Shown here: positions 11,402 to 23,438 of the stretch, one piece after another
How positions within the stretch are numbered: the first letter of the stretch is position 1
How the letters are laid out: every line of letters begins with the position of its first letter
Assembly: GCA_013265495.1 (NCBI GenBank)
Contig: MU057880.1
Location: 712,527 to 776,526 of the forward strand
Source of the DNA: Vicugna vicugna
Lineage: Eukaryota
Reading direction: 5' to 3'
Length of the DNA: 64,000 bases
Position numbers and translations under genes: made by a program
Notes under the pieces: generated by a model
The model's database searches: none
Seen by the model: only the letters and a program-made list of their open reading frames with translations
Told to the model about the DNA's origin: nothing

Positions 11402-13254
11402 TCAAAAATCCAATTCTGAAGACCTTGAGTCATGTAGAGGAAGTGGGAAAGGAGGGCCATCGCCTCCTAGGACACTCCTTCAAAACATGTCCTATGTTTT
11501 GTTTTGTTTTTTCTTACTCATTTCTTTGCTTTTCGAAGGTCATAATCAGGGCATCAGTTGCCTCCTACATAATGGATGGATCTTAGAGTTTATTTATTTT
11601 GCAACTAATAAAGAGCTAGCAATTCTTTTTGAAAGAAGTGTCAGGGAGTCCGACTTTAAAAACCTTTTAAAAAGTTGACAAGTAACAGACACTCTGTTAA
11701 GTATATGAATCTAGTGTTGAGCTCGGTGACACTTTACAACGGGAGCACACCTATGCGCTTACTTTTTTAGAGCAAGACCATGAATATTTTCATCATCCTG
11801 AAAAGTTCCTTTATGGGACTCCCCCCCAGGCCCCCGAGAATCAGACCCTGTTTTGATTTTCAGAATCCATATGTTTTTGATGGGAATACTGAGGCTCAGA
11901 GAACTAAGTAAACCGCTCAAGGTCACAAAGCCCTGATCTCAAGTTCACGCCATCTTGATCGAAAGGCTGAGATCCTCCGCCTGCCCCCGTTTGTATGATG
12001 TATTTATGTGCATTATACCCAGATTACTGACTAAATACAAATACTAGTATTTTATCCAACCATCATAGATCTGCTAGAAAATCTGCACATGTAAACCAGG
12101 AATGTTGCAGAATTCCACCTCCTGAAGGAGGAATCACAATGTGAGACTTCTGTTAGAAGTATGTGAGAATTGGAAATACTCTCCAGGAAATGGGCAAAAA
12201 CCAATATGATGAATGAAACTCTAAGTGGTAGGTGAAGTACATAAATGTGCGTGTGATTCTGAAAAGCTTGCTCCATTAGCCTGGGTTTCAGACCCATTGA
12301 TTCATCTCGTTTCTTGCCCTGTGAAGCTGTCACACCAATAGTTATGTCTTCAATTCAATTTTAAAAATAGAATGTGACTTCACACGGAACTGCCTGTGGT
12401 TTCCTAGCTGAAGAAAGAATCAAATAGACCTACGGCAAATTCAGCTTAAGGCTCACGACTCTAATTCATGAAGCAAATATGTCACCATTTAAAAACCAAC
12501 TTGTGAACAAAGCTTACACATTTTGGTGGTCCTGTCATGTTTGTTGGCTGGTCTGTATTTATTCTGGAGTCAGAGCATGTGATTTACCTGAATCAAAATT
12601 TATCTACAAGTAACAGCAGTTTCAAATCAATTCTACCTGAACTTGTTGGTTGTGTGAATCATCACAGCTGTGATTTGCAGGAAAAAAACATTAATTGGTG
12701 GCATCACTTTGAAAAGCATTGGAACCAAGCCCTGAGAAGAGGACCTCCAAGGACAAGCTTTGTCTCAAACTCTAATTTTTTTGTCTTCTTTGTCTTTTTG
12801 GCTTTTTTGAACAACGTGTGCTTTTATTGCCTGAACTAAGATGGAAAGAAGAGGAACTGATTTGCCTTTCTGGGCTTTGATTTAATTCTCCAAAGTTGAT
12901 ACTTTGTAGGTTACATTAATATCACTTCTTTAAATCAGGGGGAAGTGCTCAGGATTAGGCAAAAAGTGTTTTTGTTGAAACAGGGTTGGAAAAAAGTATT
13001 GTGTCAAAGGTTAGGTGGTGGTTCACTGTGTGCTGGGCACTGTGGCCCTACTAGGATTTCCTGCACGTGAAGGCCCTGCTTGGAGAAGCAAGGACTGTAA
13101 ACTCAGCCGTCCAAGCCGGCTTTGCGTCTCAATCCCTCTGACCGCAGTCTCCTCGTCTGTAATTTGAGGATAGTAGGACCTATTTCATACTGTTTTCTAT
13201 GATGATTTAATGACATGAAGGCACCTGCATATAAATACAAATTCAATAACTTTT

Positions 13255-13445
13255 AATTAATTCTTATTTTTATTGATGTGTAGTTGATTTACAATGTTAG
13301 TTTCAGGTGTACAGCAAAGCAACTCAGTTATACGGATATATACATATATATATTTTTTTTCAGATTCTTTTCCATTACAGCTCATGATAAGAAATTGAAT
13401 ATAGTTCCCTGTGCTATATATACAGCAGGTCCTTGTTTATCTATT
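13255..13445 (-). mobile_element. young L1 3' end
   Basis: TSD ttcaataactttt on both sides. Confidence 0.85.
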
Positions 13446-13668
13446 TCAATAACTTTTTTGAAGGTTTTGTTTTTAAGAATTTATACTATTTATTTTCTTG
13501 AACAGCTGATTTTCTGGAGGAGGGAGTTTCTCGGCGAGGACACGAAATCATCTTAGAATCCTATTTTTCTCATAAGAAACCAGCCAAGTACACATTACCT
13601 CCTAAAATCTGAAGCCAGAAGCAGGTTTTTTAATGGGCACAGAGAGAAATGATCCAAGATTTTCTAAG

Positions 13669-13830
13669 CCGGTGGGTTTTAAACTTTAATGTGCATGTGG
13701 ATCACCTTGTAAAATGCAGATTTGTACTCCCAAGGTCTGGGCGGGCCTTAGAGTCTGCATTTCTACCAAGCCCTCAGGTGACCCCATGATGCTGGCTCGG
13801 GGGCCCCAAGAATCTGAATTCTTTGTGGTT
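13669..13830. mobile_element. MER5A-like hAT-Charlie element
   Basis: gatcacctt..aaaatgcagatt...ctgcatttctaccaagccctcaggtga. Confidence 0.7.
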
Positions 13831-15309
13831 AAGAATGTCTGGCACGTGGTCAGCACCGTACACGTGTTAACCACTCCCGGCTGGCATAGATCGCCAGCAG
13901 TATAAACCAGCAGACTGCCAGCTACTGGGCCCAGAACGTTCTGTGTGATGCTAACTAAGTCCCCACAGATATTTTTCTTAACTTGCTAACTACTGGCCTT
14001 TTGGGTTTTCCTGTAAACCTGATCTAAATAATACTAAAGAAAACAAGTTCCCTTAACACGATGTTTTGGCTGGATGGCAGATTTTGGAATACGTGAACTC
14101 ATGTGATGTTGGCTGAGGGAACCGACGCGTGGTCCTGTCAGGGAGAACAGAGAGGTCTCCTTAAGTGGGAAGTCTTCCAGAGGCACCCCCTTCGCTTACC
14201 TGAGTCTGCTGCCCTCCTGTCTCCTGGCTCCCCTGCGGGAGGAGCGGCAGCTCTCCCCGGTGCTGCTGGGTGCGCCGAGGGGTACGGGAAGCGCGTGCCT
14301 GCCTGGCTAACCCCAGGTGCCAGCAATTATCTCAGGAAAGGCGGACCCTTTCCCAGCACCTAGTAAAAGGGCCCTTTGACCACAGGTATCACCTTTAAGA
14401 GAGACACACTCCAGGGAAGGGCCTGAGATTATCCACGCGTTTAAGAACAACAGCACTGAACGAGACGTCCAAACGCTTATTTGGTCAGATAGTTTATTTG
14501 GGGCAGCACCTTCTAAAACAAAGGAGATCCCCTCTGGGAACGACAGGATTGCGGGAGAGCCAGTTGTTTGAGGGGCGCGATGGTCGCTCCTGATGTGTGT
14601 CCGGGGCTGAACTAGACAGGCTTCGCAAGGACCTGGAAGGGCCTAAGGGAAGCTTCCGGTGGGGAAATGGCAACCTCTGGTTTATTCCAAGCCTCATTCC
14701 TGTTAGTCAAGTGACCTGCCCTGGGATTGGAGGTGGGGGACGTGAGGGCAGAGCCAGGAACCCCGAGTGGCTAGAATGAGGGCAGCATCTCCCAGGTTTA
14801 CTAAACAATGATCCAAACTCTCCAGCGCACAGCTTGGGGAGAGGAGTGGCTACTGAGGAAAAGGGAGACACGGTGTGCCTTGAGAAGGGAGCCAAGTCCA
14901 CCTTCTGGGCTCCTGGTGACATTCTACTGCTGGCAGTACTGAGATCTCCCCAAAGGGGACTCTGAACTAACCTCACTCCCAAATTTAGGGCACTGAATCT
15001 CGAAATGTAGTGTGCGTAAGAATCACTTAAGGAGACATTTAAGAATGCAGAATGGCTCAAATTCTGAGCTAGTTTTCCAGGGGCCTTGGAACCTGCACTT
15101 GAACAAGCAGACTGTGACAACAGTTACACGTGACACGTGGGAAACACTGCAGACCCTGGGCAGCAGGGGCTTCCCCCATTCCACCCCCAGGAATGAGGGA
15201 AGCTGACAGGTCCTCCAAGTTTGGAAGGTCCAACTTGCCTCTAGTCAGAAGAGCAGAAGTCTCAGCTCACAACCTTTGGTTTTTAAATGTAATTTAAAGG
15301 CTCATTATT

Positions 15310-15995
15310 TTTTCCCTAATTTTTATTTTTTAATTGGAGTATAGTTGATTTACAATGTTTCAGTTATACAGCAAAGTTGATTCAATTATACATACATATA
15401 TATATAAATATGTATTCATTTTCAGAATCTTTTCCATTATAGGTTATTACAAGGTATTTAATACAGTTCCCTGTGCTGTACAGTAGATCCTTGTTGTTTA
15501 TCCACTTTGTATATAGTAGTTTGTATCTGTTACTCCCAAACTCCTAATTTATCCTTCACCCCCTTTCCCTTTTGGTAACTAAGTTTGTATTCTGCCTGTG
15601 AGTTTATTTCTGTTTTGTAAATAAGTTCCTTTGTATCATTTTTTTTTAGATTCCACACATAAATGATTTCATGTCTTTCTCTTTCTGGGTTACTTCACTG
15701 AGTATGATAATCTCTGAACTGATTTCATCCATGTTGCTGCAAATGGCATTACTTCATTTTTATGGCTGAGTAATATTCCATTTCATATATTTGCCACATC
15801 TTCTTTATCCAGTCATCTGTTGATCAGCATTTAGTTTCCTTCCTTGTCTTGGCTATTGTAAATAGTGCAGCTTTGAACATTGGGGTGCATACATCTTCTC
15901 AAATTAGAGGGGTTTTTTTCCAGGTATAACCTCTGTACTGTTCCTCATAGGGGCTGCTCCAAATTACATTCCCACCAACAGTGTGGGAGGGCTCT
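15310..15995 (-). mobile_element. young L1 3' end
   Basis: 3'UTR plus ORF2 end; TSD taaaggctcatta/taaagtctcataa. Confidence 0.85.
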
Positions 15996-16689
15996 AAAGT
16001 CTCATAATTCTTTAAAAAGACCGGATCATTTGTATAATTCATATTAGTGTGTTGTATCATTCTGTAAATGCTTAATATAAACCAGAATATCTCTTTCAGC
16101 TCAGTGGATTATGGCACTGATGACAGGATAATTAGGAATCTAGGTAGTCAAAACTTAGGCAGACAAAACTATTGGAAGTTAAGCCGAGATTATGGAATAC
16201 ATGCTGATGACAATCGGGTTGGATAAATCCTTTGTTCTGAGCAAGGAAATAATACCTCCCCAATCTCTTTCTTCTAGAGATTTCCAGACTTTTTCAAACT
16301 TTCATTCACCAGCTAAGTAGCTATCACACCGCCGTTTCACAAAATGGAAGCAGAACAAAGTAGGCCTGTTAGTCACGTGGGCTCAGTAAAGGGCACACGC
16401 CTGTGGTTCTACAACCCTAGGAACTGACGTGGGAGATCTCATTCATTTCCTCTTCTGGGGATTGTTAGCCACTTAGAACACAGGCTCCACCTTGGAACCA
16501 CACTCACATCCCATCACCGCCCCTTGGGGGCGAGCCTGTGTCCAGGTTCACACATGCTTCCACACACCTCCTTACTGGAGAAAGGACCTGAGGGGTGTCA
16601 GCTCCTCTTGTCTGCAGGGGTTTAAAAACAAAAGCACTCCTAGATCACAGGGATTTCATTTTGGGGTTGGGTTTTTTTTCTTTCTTTTT

Positions 16690-17030
16690 TTTCTTTATTT
16701 ACTTTTTGCTACTGATTTGTGTGAGCTGTCTATGTATTCTGGAAGTTAAGCCCCTGTCAGCTGCATCATTTGCAAATATTTTCTCCCATTCCATAGGTTG
16801 TCTTTTGCTTTGCTGAGAGTTTCCTTTGCTTGTAAGTTTAATTAGGTCCCATTTGTTTATTTATTTATTTAAATTTGTTTTTTTAAATCTATTTTTATAT
16901 ATAGTGGTTAACATTTGCGAATTTCAAACTCCCAAATGTATCCCTTCCCACCGCCTTTCCCCAGTAACCATAAGATTGTTTACTGTGTCTGCAAGTCTGT
17001 TTTATTTGTTTATTTTTGCTTTTATTTCAA
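16690..17030 (-). mobile_element. L1 ORF2 fragment with a nested short L1 3'UTR piece
   Basis: tttgcaaatattttctcccattcc...aggtcccatttgtttatt is interrupted by a 3'UTR segment flanked by atttgtttattt. Confidence 0.7.
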
Positions 17031-17462
17031 GAATTTTTTTTCTTTCTTTTTTTAAAAAATTTTCTCCATCCCCAAAGTATTACGTTCCCCTGAAATGTCA
17101 CCTCCCGCCCCGCCCCCTCGAAACAATAGTTTCTCACTGACCTTGGCAGAAAAGACTGAAACAAGAGTTTGCGGTTAACCCCCAACTCTGTTGGAGGGGA
17201 GGCGCTGTGGGAATACCGTCTGATCGGAGGGATTTTCAGTGTGAGGACGATAAAGCAGGAAGATGTCTACGTTAGTCTGTATATTGGTGAGGAACCCCAT
17301 AAGAAGTTCCTGCTGGTCCCCACCCAGAGCACCCAGGCGGGAGCCGCAGCCTGGAGGGGCGGCTGGTCCACCATCCTGGCAGGAGGTTGAGATCCTCTGC
17401 CTTTGTCACGTGGGGTGTGAGCATGTTATACGGCTTTCTTCAACTAGGAGTCACTGTCATCT

Positions 17463-17745
17463 CTTTTTTTTTTAATTAATTTTAATTTTTACTTATTTTA
17501 TTTTTCTTAATTGAAGAATTTTACAATGTTGTGTTCATTTCTGGTGCACAGCATAGTGATTCAGTTATACGTATACATTCCTTTTATTATTCTTTTTTGT
17601 TATAGGCTATTACAAGATATTGAATACAGTTCCCTGCGCTGTACAGTAGGACCTTGTTGTGTATCTATTTTATGTATAGTAGTGTGTGTGTCTGCTAATC
17701 CCGAACTCCTGATTTGTCCCTCCCGCCCCCTTTCCCCTTTGGTGA
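17463..17745 (-). mobile_element. young L1 3' end
   Basis: T-tail followed by tacaatgttgtg...cagtaggaccttgttg. Confidence 0.85.
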
Positions 17746-19124
17746 CATTATCCGTTTGTTTTAATGGCCTTGAAGAAAGCCTTTGGAATACTGGTATATT
17801 CATACACAATATCTAGCCTTTATTTTAAGTCAGACTGTCTCAAACTTTATCTCCAAATTTGGGTGGGAGGTTTTTAGCCATATTTGTATGATGATATACC
17901 AAACATAGACAAACACTGTGCATGGAAACATTTGTGTCACTGCTGCGAATCACCTAAAAGAAGGCAGGGGTCTTATCTAAGGCGTTTTGAATTTGGGGCT
18001 CAGATTGTGCCCAAAGGAAAATAATGTACTGCATGAGAAGTTAGGACTGTATATTAAAGTAGAGGGTTCTGAGTTCACAGAAGGTGGGATAGGCAGACAC
18101 ACAGGTAAATGGAAGGGAGAAGACCCACACCCCACCTGGCACAAAGGTCGAGGATGCTTCACTTTGCTGGTACATAGTGTCTCACATCTCGACCAGAGAC
18201 AACTGACAAGGTGAAATTTTGAGCACATAACTTGGATATAAGGCAGCTCCAAAGACAACTTCCACTATGATGGTTGCTCCTGTGGTCTGTTCATCAGAAG
18301 GAATCACAAATATTTGGTTCTTCTGTCAACGCCTGCCTTCATCACATGACGGATACACCCTGGCCGCTCATCTCCCCCTGTTCTCTTCTGCAGTTACCAA
18401 GAGGCGGAAGAAGAGTGCAGAGCAAAAACGCTGCAGGGAGATCCCCACAAAACCTTGTTGGCCTCTGTTTATGCCTTCCAAATTGCTACCACAGGACATT
18501 TAGGGAAACATGGCTAGAGCGTTGAACTTCAGCTCCATACAGAGCTGATTCACTGTAGCCCCACCCCTGCAGTAAATCCCACAGGCTGGATGCTGGCGCC
18601 CCACTCCTTGACATTGACTCTGCCCCCTGGCTTTAGTTTCTCCTGTTGCCCAGGTTGAGACCTTGTTCTAGCCACACCTGCACTCCATCTTAGGAAGACT
18701 GTCCCGGTTTACCCATGAGGAGGGGTTTCCTGGGACATGGACTTTCAGTGCTAAAACTAGATGCATTGATCACTCTAACTCCTGCCCAACTTGTTGCCCG
18801 AGCCCAGTCCACCCCCGACAACTCCAGCACATTTACATCAAGGTGTGGATAGAATCCGTTAGCTGAATTTTGCACAAAGCAGGATGGGGAAGTGTATGTG
18901 CTATCAGAGAACCAGGCAAGTGCTCCCTCGTGTGTAGGCCCATGCTAACTTCCGCCCTTGCACTCAGAGAAAGTTGAGCAGGGTCAGGCTGCGCTGCAGA
19001 CATCCTCTGCCCCAGGGGGCCTTGCCTGGTTCAGGGCGGGTGACGTTCACTGGCCTCTTGGTCTCTCCCTGACCTGGGCTGCTATTTCTCTGGACTAAAA
19101 ACCACTTGAATTGGACCATCTATT

Positions 19125-19415
19125 TTTTTTATTATTACTGAAGTATAGTTGATTTACAATGTTGTGCTAGTTTCTGGTATACAGCATAGTGAATCTTATA
19201 TACATATCTATTCTTTTTCATTATAGGCTATCACAAGGTATTGAATATAGTTCTCTGTGCTACACAGTAGGACCTTGTTATGCATCTGTTTTATATATAC
19301 TAGTTAGTATGTCTGCTAATCCTGAGCTCTCAGTTTACGCCCCACCCCATTTCCCACCTCGTAACCATAACTTTTTTTCTATGTCTGTGAGTCTGGAAAT
19401 AAGTTTGTGTCCAAA
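19125..19415 (-). mobile_element. young L1 3' end
   Basis: TSD accatctatt at 19115-19124 and 19416-19425. Confidence 0.85.
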
Positions 19416-22054
19416 ACCATCTATTGAGATCATTGTAAACCCAAGCAGGAGACCCTGAGTCTCTCCTAAGTTATTTCCGGGCATCCAAGGAGGCCTCAAG
19501 TTTTGCAAAGGCAACAAGACCGAAACACTTGCTTGGAGGTTAAAAAAAATTAATAAAATCTTTTTTCCCCTTTTATGTTTTGGATTTTTCTTGCCTTGTT
19601 CTCAGCGATTGGCGGTGCCTGTATTTGACTAGTTTCCATCACCAGTAGGAATGTACTACCTAAAATTCGGTTCAGAGAATCACATAAAGGGCAACTAAGA
19701 GGGACAGCAGAACACGTCAGCTGTGCTGAACTTGCCCCACGTCCGTGTGCTGGGTTTGTGCCGCGTGGATTTAGTGGTGCTGGAACTACGCTTCCCGAAT
19801 GCCCTTCTCTGCACAGTTTTGGGTCAGTCTGGGCCCGGGAGCCGCTTTGGGTGAGATCACAGGGCAGAAGGGACAGGCTGTCTGTGCCCAGGGCACAGGC
19901 GCCCCCGCTGGGTCCTGCTGCTGTTGAGGACCATTGGCTCACCTCCCGTGCCTCCCCCGTCCTCACTGACTTCTGGACCACGTGGCGGTCAGCCCCGTGA
20001 GGAAGGGCACCCGTTTTCACCACAAGTCCCCCAGATGATCCAATTTGGAGGCTTGGAGGCAGTGAGAGAACTACTGGGGTCCAGCTAACCCTTGCGGGTG
20101 CCAGTGTATCCTGCAGCAGGAAAGCCCACTTTAAGGGTCGGGAGCACCGCGAAGCCCACCTGGAACAGGCGCGGTGGCCAGCATCCTGGGTTTGCACAGT
20201 TCCCTCCTGTGCTCGCCCCGCACTGTGTGTCTCGCTGCCCCGAGACTCCCTCTTTCCCATTTTCACACCCACATTAGCTTGATTGTTGCCTCTGATCTAC
20301 TGCTTGTCCCCCAGCATCTGAGCTGCTTTCCTGACTCCCCGCAGTGGGGACACCACAGGCAGGGTCTTTCCTGTGGAGCTGGGGGCTGGGACTTCTGGGA
20401 CTCACCTCTCTGATGCTAGCTTCAAAGGATAAGGAGCCAGGATACTGTCTTGGCTCCAAGGTCCGCCTAATGCAGGGGGCACTGTCCACAAATGCAGGAA
20501 GGTGTGCATGAACTGATTGACTGACAAATCCTTGAGAGCTTTACAGTCTGGCATCTTCCTTCATCACATTATGCTACCTTCCACATTTGACTGACTGTTC
20601 TCCCACCCAGAGAGTCATCCTAAATTTCTTTTTCATCATTAAACTGGGTCAGTAATGATCCCAGCATTAAAGGATGAGGCCAAAGGAACACATCGCTGTT
20701 TACTCTCGCTGCTCACGTCTTTGCCTGAAGTAGATGCGTGTTGGTGAAAAGGGCAGGGGTCCTCTGCGGTATCGCTCTCCCTTCTCATTCAGAATGCCTC
20801 TAACGCCACTTTCTTGGTGATTTATTTGATTTGCTCACTCACAGAGCACTGTTGAGAGCAACTTCAGAAATAGGTTTCAGATAAATAGCTTCCAGTCCGC
20901 GCTCTAGCCACCCAGCAACCGTTCTCCCCAAACCTTTTCAGGGTGGTGGCTACTTCTGTTCACGCTCCCTTGGAGGAGAGAGAAACGGAAGAGTGGAGGC
21001 ACTGCAGGTGCAAGGTGGGGAGCCACGGGAGGGACTCAACTCCAAGGGGATGCATTTAACCCCTCCTGCTTCTAGTGACCCAGCTGAGCTCACCCGGTGT
21101 CCCCTTGCAGGGAACAGGCTGCTGAGAAAATGAGAAAATGAGAGCCCAGCAGGACTCCCCACATAGCCTTTTTAACTGACAAACAAGCACCAAGTAGCTA
21201 GGCTGCAACCCTGAGGGTTTACCAAAGCAGAGGACAATAAAGCAGAGAAGGTGGCAATCTAGAAAGCCTCCCTAAGGAGGAAGGGAAGGAGAAAAGAAAT
21301 CATGGCAGAATTAATCCTCCCCCCTTTGGTGAACTAGAAAATTGGAAAGAAGGAAAAAAAGATCTGTCATTTTAAAATGATTGCATTTCTCCCAGTAATC
21401 ATTAACATGAAAAAGTAACCCCTGATGGTGTGGAGGTGATGTTATTTGTTATTTTGTAGCTGGTGAGCACGGTGGTAGTAAGAAGGCTGAGAGGTCCGTG
21501 TAAGGGACTGCTTTCTGTAACCTGCGTGTCACATGTTTATTCATTTATCCCTCAAATATTTATCAACATCAGGAACCAGGCATGCTCTGCGTTTGTGTAT
21601 TGGTTAAGGGAGGGAAAGCAATCCAAGGCAAAACGTATCTGGGACTTTCCAATTCTTTTAGTTTAGCGTCAGTGAGCACCAAAGAATATTGCCAAATGAT
21701 TTACATTCTTACAGGGCTTGGAAGTCCCCAGATTGATTTTCCCGTAATTCAGTAAATATATAATTTTATTACCATCACCGTGATGACAACACATGAAAAA
21801 AATTGTCACAATTTGTACTAATAGTTTAGGAATGTCTATGGAGAGGTTGATGTAGGTGATAAATACCCATCCTCTACCTGTGCAAAGAAAATATAGTAAA
21901 AGCATAAACAGAGAATTAGACCACCACTTGGTGGACTGAAGGCAACATAGTGTGTCATTTAGTATGTGTTTCAGGAGAAACAGACCCAACAAGATTGAGT
22001 GCCATTTGGGGTCGCATGCTAAAGCATGAATGTTTAATCTAAGACTAATTTTCT

Positions 22055-23145
22055 CATTTTTTAAGATTTTTTTAAATTGTAGTAAAATGAACAGAACATA
22101 AAACAGTACACTTAAAATTTTAAAAAAACATAGAATGGTAAATACTTTAAAAGGTACAGTTCTGTAGCGTTAAGCACATTTACACCCTCGTGAAACTGTC
22201 ACCACTATCCATCCTCAGAATTTCTTCATCTTGCAGAATTGAAACTCTGGACCCATTAAACCCTCACTGTCTATTTCTCTCTCCCCAGCCCCTGGCAACC
22301 ACCATTCTTCTTTCTGTTTCAGTGAATCTGACTACTTTAGTAATTGCATATGACTGGAATCACATGAAATCTGTCTTTTTTCTGACTGGCTTATTTCACG
22401 TAGCACAATGTCCTGAAGAGTCATACACGTTGTAGCTTGTGCCAGCATTTCCCTCTTTTTCAAGGCTGAATAATAATCTATTGTGTGTTGCTATGGACTG
22501 AAATGTTTCCCCCACCAAGTTCAGGTGTGGAAGCCCCGATCCCCAACATGGCTGTCTTTGGAGATGTGTCTTTTATGAAGGTAACTGAGGTTGAATGAGG
22601 TCATAAGGTGGGACCTCCATCCCATAGACCTGGTGTCCTTATAGGAAGAGGGAGGCACAGCAGAGTGCTTCCTCTCTCTGTGGGGGCAGAGGAAGACCCC
22701 CTGGGGGCACAGAGCGACAAGGGGCCATTGCAAGCCAAGGAGACAGCTCTCACCGGAAACCGACCCTGAAGGCACCTTGACCTTGGACTTCCAGCCTCCG
22801 GAACTGGTGCTGTCGCCCCCCGCCGGAGGTATTTTGTTATAGCAGGCCTCACAGACTGACACGTAGCAGAGAGCACATGCTGTCTATCCATGCATCCACT
22901 GATGGACGCTTAAGCTGCTTTATTTACCTTTTGGCTCTAGTGAATAATGCTGCTCTGAATAGGTGTCCAAACACCTGTGAGGCCCCCGCTGGCATTCCTC
23001 TGGGCAAGTACCCAGAAGTGGAATTGCTGGATCATGTGTTAATTCGATCTTTAATTGTTTGAGGAATCATCACACCACTGTCGACAGCAGCTGCACCACC
23101 TTACGTTCCCTCTAGCAAAGCACAAGCTTCCCATTTCTCTGTATC
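22055..23145 (-). mobile_element. L1MB-like 3' end interrupted by an MLT1A LTR
   Basis: cagcccctggcaaccaccattct...ggctgaataata | LTR | tccactgatggac...ccagaagtggaattgctggatca. Confidence 0.75.
22489..22862 (+). mobile_element. MaLR LTR (MLT1A-like)
   Basis: TGCTATGGACTGAA start, ggtgtccttataggaagag, caccttgaccttggacttccagcctcc, gtattttgttatagcag. Confidence 0.8.
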
Positions 23146-23323
23146 TCTCATTATAGAAACATTTAAGGGCGGCGTTTCAGTTACGGCGAGGACACCGTGG
23201 TCGCTCCGTAATGATTGTGGACCTGGGACTCATGACGACCTATTCAAACGTGTCAGTTAATTTGCTTTCCAGAAGCAGTAATGCAACAGTATATGATACT
23301 GCTTTTAAAAGGGGGAATTCAAA

Positions 23324-23438
23324 TTTTATCTTATTTATTTACTTTTGGGGGGCATTAGGTTTATTTATTTATTTAATGGAGGCACTGGGGATTGAACCCA
23401 GGACCTCGTGCATGCTAAGCATGCACTCTACCCTCCCC
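23324..23438 (-). mobile_element. Vic-1-like SINE
   Basis: ggggattgaacccaggacctcgtgcatgctaagcatgcactctacc plus AT-rich tail; small deletion in the A-box region. Confidence 0.85.

Noticed and set aside
10682..11586. Cluster of long overlapping ORFs on both strands
   Set aside because: Shadows of the GC-rich FTL pseudogene.
19550..20272. 240-aa minus-strand ORF
   Set aside because: GC-rich intronic sequence, non-ATG start, no recognisable protein similarity.
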